Of a DNA stretch of 64,000 bases, positions 29,692 through 40,206 are shown in pieces (position 1 is the first letter of the stretch; each line of letters begins with the position of its first letter). A program made the translations under genes and the position numbers. A model generated the notes under the pieces. The model had not been told where the DNA came from. It did no database searches and was given only the letters and a program-made list of their open reading frames with translations. This stretch comes from Candidatus Hodarchaeum mangrovi. Lineage in GTDB: Archaea > Asgardarchaeota > Heimdallarchaeia > Hodarchaeales > Hodarchaeaceae. The stretch covers positions 1-64,000 of the forward strand of contig JAEOUE010000254.1 in NCBI GenBank assembly GCA_016839515.1. Reading direction: 5' to 3'.

Positions 29692-30525
29692 TTGGTTCAT
29701 TCAATGGCTAATACAATTGAAATAATTTTTTTAGGTGCAATGGCCTCTTTAGGAGCTGGCTTAGCAACAACGATTGGAGCTACTCCCGTATTATCTGGTA
29801 GAGAAGTTTCTGATAAGAATCTAGACATCATGCTAGGGTTTGCAGCAGGAGTAATGTTAGCAGCTTCAGCTTTTAGTTTATTAGTTCCTGCTCTGAATAT
29901 GAATCCAGTATTCACAGTATGGGAGCTAGAACCTGTGGTTTTAACAGTTTTAGGATTCTTTATGGGAGCATTTTTCATACATATAATCGATCGTTGGGCT
30001 CCTCATCAACATTTTATCCACGGACCAGATAAATCTGTTGTATCTATTAAAGAAGGATCAAAAAAGATGTCTAAGAGATTAGCAGCAACTTGGTTATTTG
30101 TCATAGCGATTACTATTCATAATTTTCCAGAGGGTTTAGCAGTAGGAGTGGCATTTGGTGCAGAAAATATCTCCACTGGTTTTATAGTAGCATTAGCTAT
30201 TGGATTACAAAATATACCTGAAGGAACCGCAGTAGCTTTACCTCTTCTACGTGAAGGATATTCTAAATTCGATGTTATTAAGATAACATTAGCTACAGGA
30301 TTAGTGGAACCACTTGGAGGTCTCCTAGGTGTAGCTGCTGTTTCTTTTGTTGGTGGTATTTTGGGTTTTGGGATGGCTTTTGCTGCAGGAGCGATGATAT
30401 TTGTTGTTTCAGATGAAATAATACCTGAAAGTCATAGAAAAGGGCATGAACGTGCTGCTACATTTGGGGTTATATTAGGCTTTATCATAATGATGTTTTT
30501 AGACAATTTCATTGTCGGAGCATAA
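29692..30525 (+). CDS. ZIP family metal transporter (GufA/ZupT-like)
   Basis: GFAAGVML, HNFPEG, QNIPEG, EIIPESH. Confidence 0.92.
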   Translation: MVHSMANTIEIIFLGAMASLGAGLATTIGATPVLSGREVSDKNLDIMLGFAAGVMLAASAFSLLVPALNMNPVFTVWELEPVVLTVLGFFMGAFFIHIIDRWAPHQHFIHGPDKSVVSIKEGSKKMSKRLAATWLFVIAITIHNFPEGLAVGVAFGAENISTGFIVALAIGLQNIPEGTAVALPLLREGYSKFDVIKITLATGLVEPLGGLLGVAAVSFVGGILGFGMAFAAGAMIFVVSDEIIPESHRKGHERAATFGVILGFIIMMFLDNFIVGA

Positions 30526-30745
30526 AACTACCAATAGAAAATAAAATTGATTATTGAATGTTATAGAATAATTCAAAAATAGCATTAGGTGTAAAAAGTC
30601 TAGGATTATTTTTCAACCTCTCTAAATTGATACTTTGTTCTATTATTTCCCAGTGATTTTTTAAATTTATATTTAATTCACTGAGCTTTGTTTTAAGATT
30701 TAGATCTTTCAGTTTCCAACATAATCAAGGAGAATTATCAGCTCG

Positions 30746-31702
30746 ATGCAAGCATTTTACAATAGAATTGTGACATTTATTGTTTTAAACAGATTATTAA
30801 TAGGTGTTCTCTTTGGAGTACCCTTTATGCTATTTGGTTTTTTCACAGAATTAGCTATAATGGGATGGGAAGGGTCAGTATTAGCGGATTCTTGGATACG
30901 CTTATTATCAGCCCTTGGAGTATCCGTGTTTCTACTACCGTATATTTGGATGAGTAATGATTACTATGATGCACCCTTTGATCGACTTGATGAAAAAAAA
31001 CGAGAACTTAATTATTTCTGTAAAACAAATATCCAGAAAAAACCGATATTGGCTTTTTCATTACTTTTAACACCAATTATCATAAGTTTGGTTTTTAGTT
31101 TCATAAATGGAATTGAAAGTGTTTTTTTATGGGGTATTATTCTAATAGTAGGCCATTTTTACAATGCCCCTCCTATTAGATTTAAAGAGCGTCTCTTTTT
31201 TGATTTCTTCACCCATGGATTATATGCATCAGGACTATTTTTTCTCTTAGGAGGAGTTGTTTTAACCTCGATTTCCCAATTACTTCAGCAACCGATTTTT
31301 TTACTTTTATTCGTTTTTTCAATAATAGATGGATCTTGGATTCAATTTAGTGCACAGCTAAAGGATTATGAAATTGATAAAATTGGCAAACAAAAGACAA
31401 CTAGCATTTTAATTGGTAAAAACTCAAGTCTCATTCTTCTACAAGGTTTAGTATGCAGTATGCTTCTCATACTACCATTATATTTGATTATCAATACTAC
31501 TTTGAGAAAATTTTTTCCAGATTATCTAATCTTATTTGCGTTAATTATTTCAATTATTTCTATAATACTCTATATAAAACAGTTATACATGGTACGAGAA
31601 GATTTTATGAAGATACGCAAAATGTCTGGATGGGTAAGAAGACATTTTGTGTATAGTTTTGGAATCATTGCTGTACTGTTCATTAATTGCCCTTTTGGGT
31701 GA
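30746..31702 (+). CDS. UbiA family prenyltransferase
   Basis: NDYYDAPFD, YNAPPIRFKER, QLKDYEID, multiple TMs. Confidence 0.85.
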   Translation: MQAFYNRIVTFIVLNRLLIGVLFGVPFMLFGFFTELAIMGWEGSVLADSWIRLLSALGVSVFLLPYIWMSNDYYDAPFDRLDEKKRELNYFCKTNIQKKPILAFSLLLTPIIISLVFSFINGIESVFLWGIILIVGHFYNAPPIRFKERLFFDFFTHGLYASGLFFLLGGVVLTSISQLLQQPIFLLLFVFSIIDGSWIQFSAQLKDYEIDKIGKQKTTSILIGKNSSLILLQGLVCSMLLILPLYLIINTTLRKFFPDYLILFALIISIISIILYIKQLYMVREDFMKIRKMSGWVRRHFVYSFGIIAVLFINCPFG

Positions 31703-31976
31703 ATTGTCTTTATATTTTGTCAGGAATTCATGATCCTGTTACTCTACCTCCAGAAACTCTAGATGAGAGTCAATAATCACCACATTTAATCCAGTGTACT
31801 CTTTAATAATGATCTCCTAAGATTGCAAGATTTAACGTATTAATGAAATAATTTTACCACATAGAAAATCTAAATAAACATTCACAAACTTTAGGGTTAA
31901 ATGAGTAATTTAAATTCATTTATTTCAACCAGAGTCTCAAGTTCGAGATTAAAGATGCAATCTGAAGGGTTTAAAT

Positions 31977-32885
31977 ATGGTAATTATCTATAAAACTTTT
32001 GAACCAGATCAAGGGCTCGAAGAAATTCAGGCTAGATTATACACCAAAGCAACTGGCATTAATGTTACTGGTGAGGAAATAAAAAAGAGAATTATAAAAG
32101 AGAGAATTAATCCCAATTTTCTTCGTTATGCATTCTCAAAAGAAGGAGAACCTTTGGCGTATATTCAGGCTCGAAAGGAAAGAAGTCATATTTACGCGAT
32201 TGGTTATCCTTGGGCGACTCCAAATTGTCCTTCAGATGTACAAGACAAGTTATTTGATGATCTGAGAAATTATCTCCTTGAAAAAAATCCAGATGAACTT
32301 AGATATTGGATTCATCACTCCTGGAAACACGTTGAATCGTTTTTTCTTAAAAAGGGCTTTAGAAAAGCTTTTAGTGGTTTTAGGTATGAGTTTGATGTTA
32401 CAGAACTCTCTAAGCGGGATGTATCACTTCCTGGTTTTACCTCACGCCTTGCAACTATTCAAGATCTAGAATTATTGATCAAGCTTGCACGAGAAGATGA
32501 GGAATTGGGGAAGGTACCTGAATTAACTGAAGAAGCTTTAAAATCTTATTTCACTGATAAAGTCCTGAAAGATGGTCATTGTATAGTGATCTCTAATGAA
32601 AAAGGAGAAATTATTAATGCAAGTGCCCCATTAAGAGATTTCCCTAATCCTGAACCTGATAATAAATATATGATTTTACGATTCACTGCAACGCGTCCTG
32701 GTTATCATGAGACATGGAAATTACTATTAGTTGAAATCGCTAAGGAGTGTATTAAAGCGGGGTGGATTAATCTTCCTTTAGGTGTTAATATTAGTGAAAA
32801 AAGTCTTCATGGACCAATTTTTGAAACTTTAAATCCACGAAAAATTCCTGGATATAATTTGTTTACCTTTACGGTTAAGAAATAA
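31977..32885 (+). CDS. Hypothetical protein, tandem GNAT-like fold
   Basis: Two alpha/beta halves; FFLKKGF and SRLATIQDL GNAT-like segments. Confidence 0.5.
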   Translation: MVIIYKTFEPDQGLEEIQARLYTKATGINVTGEEIKKRIIKERINPNFLRYAFSKEGEPLAYIQARKERSHIYAIGYPWATPNCPSDVQDKLFDDLRNYLLEKNPDELRYWIHHSWKHVESFFLKKGFRKAFSGFRYEFDVTELSKRDVSLPGFTSRLATIQDLELLIKLAREDEELGKVPELTEEALKSYFTDKVLKDGHCIVISNEKGEIINASAPLRDFPNPEPDNKYMILRFTATRPGYHETWKLLLVEIAKECIKAGWINLPLGVNISEKSLHGPIFETLNPRKIPGYNLFTFTVKK

Positions 32886-33993
32886 CCTGATGTCTTTTTT
32901 TACACTTTTGAAAAACTAGACAATAATGATGATGAACGTTTGAAACATAGGAATAAGGATACCCCCATATACCCATAAATTTCTGATCCTGCAACCAAAT
33001 AAATTCTTGTTTTAACTTGACATTAGGAAGCTCACGTAATTTTAGAGCAAATTCCCAAGCCAAAGGACACATTTTTCCATCTACTTGACGAATATTCTGA
33101 AGAATAACGACTATATAACCACAATCCTTTATTATTTTACAAAAATTGATAAATAGAGAAATTAATTGACCTAAATATTGATTATACTGTGGAATATTCC
33201 CTAAGTCACGTGAATCAGTACCATAGGTCTCATCATAGCCGTTTTCAACTCGTTGTTTAAGAGTTGATTTTACACCACCCCTCGATTCAGCTAAGATATT
33301 CCAATAAGGGGGTGATGTAAGTAATAAATCTGCTAAGGGAAATTCCTGTTCAAAAAAAATCTTCTTACAGTTATGTGAGTCATCATTTGCTAAATAATAA
33401 GTATTGGATCCATTTTCTATGTTTTCAATACGCTTTTTAGCATAATTAGCATATTTACTATTTAATTCAATCCCCCAACAGTTTCGATTTAACTCCTTTG
33501 CAGCAGCAAGTGTACTTCCTATTCCCATAAAGGGATCGAATACCCATCCATCTTTTTTAGTAAAAAATTTGATGAAATGTTTTGCTAATTCAGGCGGAAA
33601 ACTTGCGGGATGATCCTTGATCTCATATGGAAGATCTGAAGGTTTTCCATCAACAATCATCCAGCTTTTTGTGTGTCTTAACCATTCCTTTCCTGTTAGA
33701 TCATTTAACTGATTTTTTTCAGAGTATTTTCCTTTGAATTCAATATTGTATTCCAGATTTCGTGTTATACGACCTAAAGTGCGAAAAATTCGGGCAGTTT
33801 CAATGAAATTCCCTTGAAGAAAATATTCTTCAGCAGTTTTTAGTAATTTTTTAATATCAAACTGAGTCTTTTTAATCAGTTCAGACGAATTAGTCCTATT
33901 TGGAGAAATTTTGATTATTTTCTCCAAAACTGTAGCATTTAATGTCCAAGAACTTTCTTTAGGAGTAGTTCCTTCTTCTTTAGAATTTTTCAT
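32875..33993 (-). CDS. Orphan N4-C/N6-A DNA methyltransferase
   Basis: HPASFP, DPFMGIGST (motif I), GIELN, TSPPYW (motif IV). Confidence 0.85.
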   Translation of the reverse strand: MKNSKEEGTTPKESSWTLNATVLEKIIKISPNRTNSSELIKKTQFDIKKLLKTAEEYFLQGNFIETARIFRTLGRITRNLEYNIEFKGKYSEKNQLNDLTGKEWLRHTKSWMIVDGKPSDLPYEIKDHPASFPPELAKHFIKFFTKKDGWVFDPFMGIGSTLAAAKELNRNCWGIELNSKYANYAKKRIENIENGSNTYYLANDDSHNCKKIFFEQEFPLADLLLTSPPYWNILAESRGGVKSTLKQRVENGYDETYGTDSRDLGNIPQYNQYLGQLISLFINFCKIIKDCGYIVVILQNIRQVDGKMCPLAWEFALKLRELPNVKLKQEFIWLQDQKFMGIWGYPYSYVSNVHHHYCLVFQKCKKRHQVIS

Positions 33994-34125
33994 TATGATT
34001 TTAATCTTTGCATAATGATTCTTATAACTCTCATGATCACTATTGAAAAATGAGAAATAATAACTTTACTTAAAAGAATATAGTGTTTTAAGAGGAGAAA
34101 GGTTTCCTAAAGTTTTTGGATAGAA

Positions 34126-34611
34126 TTATTTGTTTTTTATTAACAAATTATTATTCTCTGACAAGATTCCTTTATCAATCAAATGATTAATTGCTTCTTC
34201 TAATTTAAGATTGTCTGGAGGAGAATTTCCATTAGAAATTGCTTTTATTGTAGCATTCATTACAATTGCTGCTTTATTCTCGAATTTACCTTGAAAAGCA
34301 CCTAGAACCATCGATTCATATTCATCAAAATCACCTATAGGTTTTATTATTTCAACTTCTTTTTCTTCATCATCCGAATCAACATTTATTTTTGTTTTAT
34401 TCTTTAAGATTAATAAGTCCCCTTTCGATTCAATTGTGCCTTCTGATATTAACTCGTCAATTACCTCATTAATCTTATCTTTTGAAGGGAGTTTTTCCCC
34501 TCTTTGTGCTTTCTCTACCACAAATTGCATAATAAATGCTTGACGTTTTTCCATTTTGCTAGGAAAAGTATTTAATAATTGTTCCTTTAATTTTTTAGTC
34601 AATTTGCACAC
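34126..34611 (-). CDS. Protein with two internal winged-helix-like repeats
   Basis: INEVIDELISEGTIESKGDLLILKNK vs LEEAINHLIDKGILSENNNLLIKNK, joined by an acidic linker. Confidence 0.55.
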   Translation of the reverse strand: MCKLTKKLKEQLLNTFPSKMEKRQAFIMQFVVEKAQRGEKLPSKDKINEVIDELISEGTIESKGDLLILKNKTKINVDSDDEEKEVEIIKPIGDFDEYESMVLGAFQGKFENKAAIVMNATIKAISNGNSPPDNLKLEEAINHLIDKGILSENNNLLIKNK

Positions 34612-35172
34612 CTATTCTATATTCAGCTGACTTCGTTTCATCCTAGCCTTTAAAATCGTCTGAGACAATATTTCAATTGCTTCATGAACATTAGTTCCCA
34701 TTCGAGCTGAAGTAGGAAGATATGGAATTTCAAATGGAATATTCGGATTACTATCAAGAAACTCTTGTAATAATTCTTTATTGTATACTGCTGGTAAATC
34801 ACATTTATTTCCTAATACGATAAATGGTACTTCAGGTCCTGCATTGGTATGAAGTTCTTCACGCCATAATTTTAAGTTCTCCATAGATAGGGGTCTGGTA
34901 ACATCAAAAACCATAATACAGGCTCTTGAACCCTTGTAGAAAGGCCCCCGAACTAAATCAAATCGTCGTTGTCCAGCTAAATCCCAGAATTGGTATCGAA
35001 AAAGCTGGCCACTTGCACTTGTATATGGATATGTAGCAATATTTGCTCCAATGGTCAACAAATAAGTGGAATGAAACTCTCGTCCTAGTAAATATTCAAT
35101 AATACTGGTCTTTCCTACAGCTCCATCTCCAATTATTGTTATCTTGTAGTATTGACCAATATGAGGTTCCAT
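34612..35172 (-). CDS. Rab-like small GTPase
   Basis: GDGAVGKT, LTIG, WDLAGQ, GNKCD, TSAR. Confidence 0.93.
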   Translation of the reverse strand: MEPHIGQYYKITIIGDGAVGKTSIIEYLLGREFHSTYLLTIGANIATYPYTSASGQLFRYQFWDLAGQRRFDLVRGPFYKGSRACIMVFDVTRPLSMENLKLWREELHTNAGPEVPFIVLGNKCDLPAVYNKELLQEFLDSNPNIPFEIPYLPTSARMGTNVHEAIEILSQTILKARMKRSQLNIE

Positions 35173-35424
35173 TGTTATGCTTCACAACAACCTATTAGTT
35201 CCAATTATTTGAGAGCTCTAGAAGAAAACCAATCCTCATTTCTTATATTCATTTGCAATTAAATTTCAAAACTAAATCTATTTCAAATAACCCAAAGCGG
35301 TAATTTCCTAGATTTTCTCTTCTTTTGTGAAAAAAACGTTTTAACGCTATTCAATCCTCTACAAGGAATTGTGAATGCTTCAAATTAATGATTACGGAAT
35401 AGAATATATTCATTTAACACTAAT

Positions 35425-35661
35425 TTATCCTTCTTCATAATCTGGGGTTTCAAGCTTATAAAAAACACCTGTTCCTTTCAATGTTTCGTGAATTTTAATT
35501 GATAATTCCAAGATATCATGAACAGTAATATCTCTTCCCCAATCATATTCTAAATCATATTTACCTGTTATAGGTTTGAATCCTAGTCCAGTTAATCGTT
35601 GCATTACTAATAAAGGATTTTCTCCACTTGATGAATGAAAAAGGATTAGAAAAGTTTTCAT
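35425..35661 (-). CDS. Small hypothetical protein
   Basis: 78-aa ATG-start ORF with alpha/beta pattern (F.SSGENP..V..RL..LGF.PITG.YD..YDW). Confidence 0.65.
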   Translation of the reverse strand: MKTFLILFHSSSGENPLLVMQRLTGLGFKPITGKYDLEYDWGRDITVHDILELSIKIHETLKGTGVFYKLETPDYEEG

Positions 35662-35738
35662 AATTATCTATTTCTGAGTGATGATCTTAAAAAATATTCT
35701 ATTTTAATTTAGATAAAAAATCAAATTTCTATAAAATG

Positions 35739-36224
35739 CTAGGGTGTTGAAAATTCACATGAATAAAAGCTAAAAGGTCTTGGATAAGGAAAAACAGGAC
35801 GAATAAGTATCTTAAATGATCTAGGAGTGTCTTTTAATATGAAATCAACTTTTGATTTTTCTCTACCTTTTAATTCAATCGTTTGCAAGTATTTTTCATC
35901 ATGAAATACTTGAATTGAATTCTGAGTTTCTTCTGCTTTTATAGATAGACTGATTTTAAGTAATTCATACTGTAAATTGCCAGAAACTTTGATTTCAATG
36001 TATGAATAGTTCCAATAATCCTTCTCAAGAAGGTTTGAATTTTCATAATTTAATCTACCCATAAGGACTACTTTATTCTCATTCCATTGATCAGTTATTG
36101 AATACTCCTGACCATAGGAATACCCTCCATATGTAATTAACATTGCTGTAAACATATTTCCCATTATACAAGGAAATTGGGGAGAAATTGTTAATCTTGG
36201 TTCATCATTTAGCATAACAATCAA
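35739..36224 (-). CDS. Hypothetical beta-rich protein
   Basis: 161-aa ORF with host-like codon use; no recognised motif. Confidence 0.55.
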   Translation of the reverse strand: MIVMLNDEPRLTISPQFPCIMGNMFTAMLITYGGYSYGQEYSITDQWNENKVVLMGRLNYENSNLLEKDYWNYSYIEIKVSGNLQYELLKISLSIKAEETQNSIQVFHDEKYLQTIELKGREKSKVDFILKDTPRSFKILIRPVFPYPRPFSFYSCEFSTP

Positions 36225-36335
36225 AAAAAGGAAAGATAAAGTTAAATTTATTTTCTTTTTTCGTAAGTAATCCCTTTTGTAAACAACTTATTTTAGTCAG
36301 ATTGATAAATAATAATTAAATCTGGTGGACAAGAG

Positions 36336-38144
36336 CTGATAGAGAGTCATCATATAGATAAAACGTTTCTTCATCCACGTTATTACCGGAATTTTCTGAC
36401 ATGGATACTTGGACATTTATTATCTCATAAACAGTTATTTATTTTAGGATATTTTCTGCTTTTTATAGGAACAAGCTTAGGGATCATCATTCCATTAATA
36501 CTACGCTATTATTTTGATGAAGCAATCTATTCAGGAAGAATAAATGTTATTTTACTTGTTTGTTTTGTCTTTCTTGGCATTTATCTTTTCAATTTCGTAT
36601 CTCAAGCCTTTGGTGCTTACATCAATGCACGTTTCAGTGAAAAGGTAGTGAGGGACGTTCAGGTTGAATTTTTTCAGTCAATTCATTCGAAATCCATGGC
36701 TTTTCATGACTCTGCTCGGATTGGAGAACTCCTTGCTATGGCAACATCAGACTCACGTCAATTATCTTGGATGTTGATTAGTATTCTAATGTTTGCTTTG
36801 GCGATCTTTACAACCTTCGCTAGTCTATTAGCAATGTTCACATTAAATATTCAGCTTTTTTTCATCTTTCTAGGCTTTATTCCATTTATTCTCTTTAGTA
36901 TGTTCACTTATGGCAAATCATTAGGCCCTGTGTCAATTAAAAGGCAAGAACTATTTGCAAAATGGCAAGCAACACTCCAAGAAAATCTAGCAGGTATTAG
37001 GGTTTTACGTACCTTATCAAATCGAAATCAAGAATTCAAAAAATATGATGAGGATTTAAAAGCTGTACGAGAAGTTTTAACTGAACGAGGGATAAAATCA
37101 GCTCGTTATTATCCAATTTTGATTTTATATATCGCTTTAGGGATCGACTTTATTATCGGGGGTTATTTAGTCTTTTTAGGAGAAATTACACCAGGAACTT
37201 TAATTGCATTCAATAGTTTGATCCTTCTCCTTCAAGGTCCTAGTGAATTTATCCGATTTACTGTATTTCTAGGGTCAATGGGATTTGCAGGTGGAAACCG
37301 TGTATTTTCAGTTATTTCTAAACAGCAACAATTAGTTGATGGTAAAATAGACTTGGAAAAAGTTCATGGTGATATTGAATTCAAAAATGTTACTTTTCGG
37401 TATAATCCAGAAGGCCCTGATGTTTTAAAAAACATCAATTTAAAAATTCAATCTGGTCAGATGGTAGCTATCATTGGACATACTGGGTGTGGAAAAACTA
37501 CCCTCTCAAAACTTGTTCAAAGGCTTTATGACCCTGTTGAAGGAGATATCTTGGTTGATGGTAAAAATATTAAGAATTTTCCTATTGATCAATATCGAAG
37601 ACAAATTGGTGTCATTGAGCAGGATATTTTTCTTTTTTCAGCTTCAATTCGAGAAAATATCCTTTATGGATGTGGAAAACTCCATCCTGAATTAGAGAAG
37701 AGAATGATTGAAGTAGCTAAATTAGCACAGATTCATGACTTTATTTCTACCTTACCAAATCAATATAATACTGTTATAGGAGAGCGAGGGGTCACATTAT
37801 CGGGAGGACAAAGACAAAGATTAGCTCTTGCTCGAGCTTTTATGATAGATCCTCCTATTTTAATTTTAGATGATTCAACTAGCGCAGTTGATTCAAAAAC
37901 GGAAGTTAAAATTCAAAACGCAATAAATAATCTTTTATATGCTCGGACAACCTTGATTGTAACCCATAGACTCTCTACAATAAGAAAAGCTGATTTAGTA
38001 GTTTTAATGAAAGGAGGAGAAATTGAAGATATAGGTACTCATGACGAATTATACCTACGGAATGAAGAATATGCAAGTATTTTCAAGCAGTTTGAAGATC
38101 TTCCAGCTATTCCAACAGAACTATTAGTAGAGGAGGAGATTTAA
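36336..38144 (+). CDS. Heterodimeric ABC exporter subunit 1 (TMD+NBD); probable CTG start upstream of the ORF-track start
   Basis: Frame is open from 36309 and encodes two more TM helices; GGTGGA at 36324-36329, CTG at 36336; GHTGCGKT, LSGGQ, ILDDSTS (catalytic E->D). Confidence 0.85.
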   Translation: MIESHHIDKTFLHPRYYRNFLTWILGHLLSHKQLFILGYFLLFIGTSLGIIIPLILRYYFDEAIYSGRINVILLVCFVFLGIYLFNFVSQAFGAYINARFSEKVVRDVQVEFFQSIHSKSMAFHDSARIGELLAMATSDSRQLSWMLISILMFALAIFTTFASLLAMFTLNIQLFFIFLGFIPFILFSMFTYGKSLGPVSIKRQELFAKWQATLQENLAGIRVLRTLSNRNQEFKKYDEDLKAVREVLTERGIKSARYYPILILYIALGIDFIIGGYLVFLGEITPGTLIAFNSLILLLQGPSEFIRFTVFLGSMGFAGGNRVFSVISKQQQLVDGKIDLEKVHGDIEFKNVTFRYNPEGPDVLKNINLKIQSGQMVAIIGHTGCGKTTLSKLVQRLYDPVEGDILVDGKNIKNFPIDQYRRQIGVIEQDIFLFSASIRENILYGCGKLHPELEKRMIEVAKLAQIHDFISTLPNQYNTVIGERGVTLSGGQRQRLALARAFMIDPPILILDDSTSAVDSKTEVKIQNAINNLLYARTTLIVTHRLSTIRKADLVVLMKGGEIEDIGTHDELYLRNEEYASIFKQFEDLPAIPTELLVEEEI

Positions 38145-39995
38145 TTGGCTTGGCACATAATGGGAGCATTACGCTCAGAGAAATATGACAAAAAATATTC
38201 AGAAAAGGAAATATCAAAACGGCTAGCTCCATACATGCTAAAATATAAGAAATTATTGGCATTAATTACTATTTTTTCCCTTTTAGGAGCTCTAACATCT
38301 ATTATAGCTCCTCTAGTTATGGGAATAGGATTTGATGAACTATTCAAAGGAGTGGAGAGTCAGTCTCTTGATTTAATCATTCTTATTTCCATTACATACT
38401 TCTTACTCCTTACTTTCGAATGGATTTTCAATTACTTCTCTCAAATAAATAGTTCAATTCTTCAGGCAAATGTTACATATGATCTTCGTCGCAAATTATT
38501 TGAACGTATTAATCAACATGAATTAGCTTTTTTTGATGCAAATAAAACAGGAAAAATAATGTCTCGAGTCAGTGGAGATACATTTCAGCTCGGGGGAGTC
38601 TTAACTTCTATTATGGATCTTGGCTCAGTCATTCTACGAGCAGGGTTAATTCTCACAACAATGTTTTTTCTAGATTGGCAATTAACACTATTTTCGTTAT
38701 TGATCTTTCCTTTTCTTTTTCTGATTGTTTTTGTATTTCGTAGAGTATTCAGACAATATTCTTTACTCCAGATGCGAGCTGAAGCGACATTAAATGCCTT
38801 TGTTGAGGAACAGATAAGTGGAATTCAGATTACTAAATCCTTTGGTCAAGAACAAAACGTTTTACAAAGTTTTGAAGAACTTCAGAACACCAAAGTTAAG
38901 GTAAATATTAAACAAGCGACTCTTTTCAGAGCTGTTGGACCTTTATTTGATTTAATTGCTGCAATAGGATTAACACTTATATTATTTGGAGGAGGTATTA
39001 CAATAACCCAAACTCCTTCTTTGTTAACTCCAGGTCTTCTTTATTTATTTATCACATATCTTCGACAACTTTTTCAACCTTTGATTGCACTATCTACTTT
39101 TTATGCTTCTTTACAAGGAGGATTTGCTTCTGGAGAAAGGATCTTTTCATTAATGGATGTACCAGTTGAATTAAATGAAGGTCATCTAATATGTCCTCCT
39201 TTAAACGGTGAAATAGAGTTTAAAGACATTAATTTTGGATATAATTTAACCACTTCAGTTCTAAAAGACTTTAATCTTCACATACCATCAGGTCAAACAT
39301 TAGCGATTGTAGGCGAAACAGGAGCTGGGAAAAGTACTATAACATCTTTGTTAGCCCGGTTTTATGAATACAATTCTGGGGAAATTATTTTAAATGGAAA
39401 TCTTTGTCTTAAAGATTTAGATGCAGATTCATTAAGAAATCAATTAGGCTATGTACTTCAAGAACCATTCCTGTTTTCTGGAACCATTAGAGATAATTTA
39501 CTCCTTGGATCTCCATCAGCTACTGAAAATGATCTACAATGGGCCATTAAAACCGTCAATGCTGACTCTTTCATCAGTATGCTCCCCAAAGGATTAGATA
39601 CACCGATAAAAGAACGAGGACGAGGACTATCTCAAGGACAAAAGCAGTTACTCTCTTTAGCACGAATATTACTCAAAGATCCTAAGATATTATTGTTAGA
39701 TGAAGCAACAGCGTCAGTAGATGCATATACTGAACATATGATTCAAAAAGCATTGGAGATTGTATTCAAAGATAGAACAACAATTGTGATTGCGCATCGA
39801 TTATCAACTATCTTAAAAGCAGATCGAATTATAGTCCTAGATAAGGGCCAGATTATTGATTCTGGTACTCACCAAGAGCTAATCAATAAGCCAGGAGCAT
39901 ACCGAGATCTATATTATACCTATTATGCTCACCAAGGTGCTCTTGAGGAATTAAAATTAAAACAGAAAGAAATACACATACTAGTGGAGGATTAA
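38145..39995 (+). CDS. Heterodimeric ABC exporter subunit 2 (TMD+NBD)
   Basis: GAGGAGG before TTG start; GETGAGKS, degenerate signature LSQGQ, LLDEATAS, IAHRLS. Confidence 0.92.
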   Translation: MAWHIMGALRSEKYDKKYSEKEISKRLAPYMLKYKKLLALITIFSLLGALTSIIAPLVMGIGFDELFKGVESQSLDLIILISITYFLLLTFEWIFNYFSQINSSILQANVTYDLRRKLFERINQHELAFFDANKTGKIMSRVSGDTFQLGGVLTSIMDLGSVILRAGLILTTMFFLDWQLTLFSLLIFPFLFLIVFVFRRVFRQYSLLQMRAEATLNAFVEEQISGIQITKSFGQEQNVLQSFEELQNTKVKVNIKQATLFRAVGPLFDLIAAIGLTLILFGGGITITQTPSLLTPGLLYLFITYLRQLFQPLIALSTFYASLQGGFASGERIFSLMDVPVELNEGHLICPPLNGEIEFKDINFGYNLTTSVLKDFNLHIPSGQTLAIVGETGAGKSTITSLLARFYEYNSGEIILNGNLCLKDLDADSLRNQLGYVLQEPFLFSGTIRDNLLLGSPSATENDLQWAIKTVNADSFISMLPKGLDTPIKERGRGLSQGQKQLLSLARILLKDPKILLLDEATASVDAYTEHMIQKALEIVFKDRTTIVIAHRLSTILKADRIIVLDKGQIIDSGTHQELINKPGAYRDLYYTYYAHQGALEELKLKQKEIHILVED

Positions 39996-39998
39996 TTT

Positions 39999-40184
39999 AT
40001 GACTCAGATGTTAAAATGTAAAGAATGTGATGAAACACAACCTATTCCATTACATTGTGGGAAAGCAATGCATATTGAGAAATATGAAGGAAAAGAAATG
40101 CTAATTTGTTGGATGGGGGCTAATTGTGGAATCAAGGAATTACCAATTCATCACGGTAAGCCAATGATGATAGTAGATATATGA
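39999..40184 (+). CDS. Small duplicated metal-binding protein (desulforedoxin/zinc-ribbon-like)
   Basis: LKCKEC...PLHCGKAM and LICWMGANC...PIHHGKPM repeats; GGAGG upstream. Confidence 0.65.
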   Translation: MTQMLKCKECDETQPIPLHCGKAMHIEKYEGKEMLICWMGANCGIKELPIHHGKPMMIVDI

Positions 40185-40206
40185 AAACATATTCATTATA
40201 TTATTT

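Noticed and set aside
19179-35172. Eukaryotic contamination as the source of the Rab-like genes
   Set aside because: No introns, operon packing, SD-like motifs, no prenylation cysteines and prokaryotic neighbours
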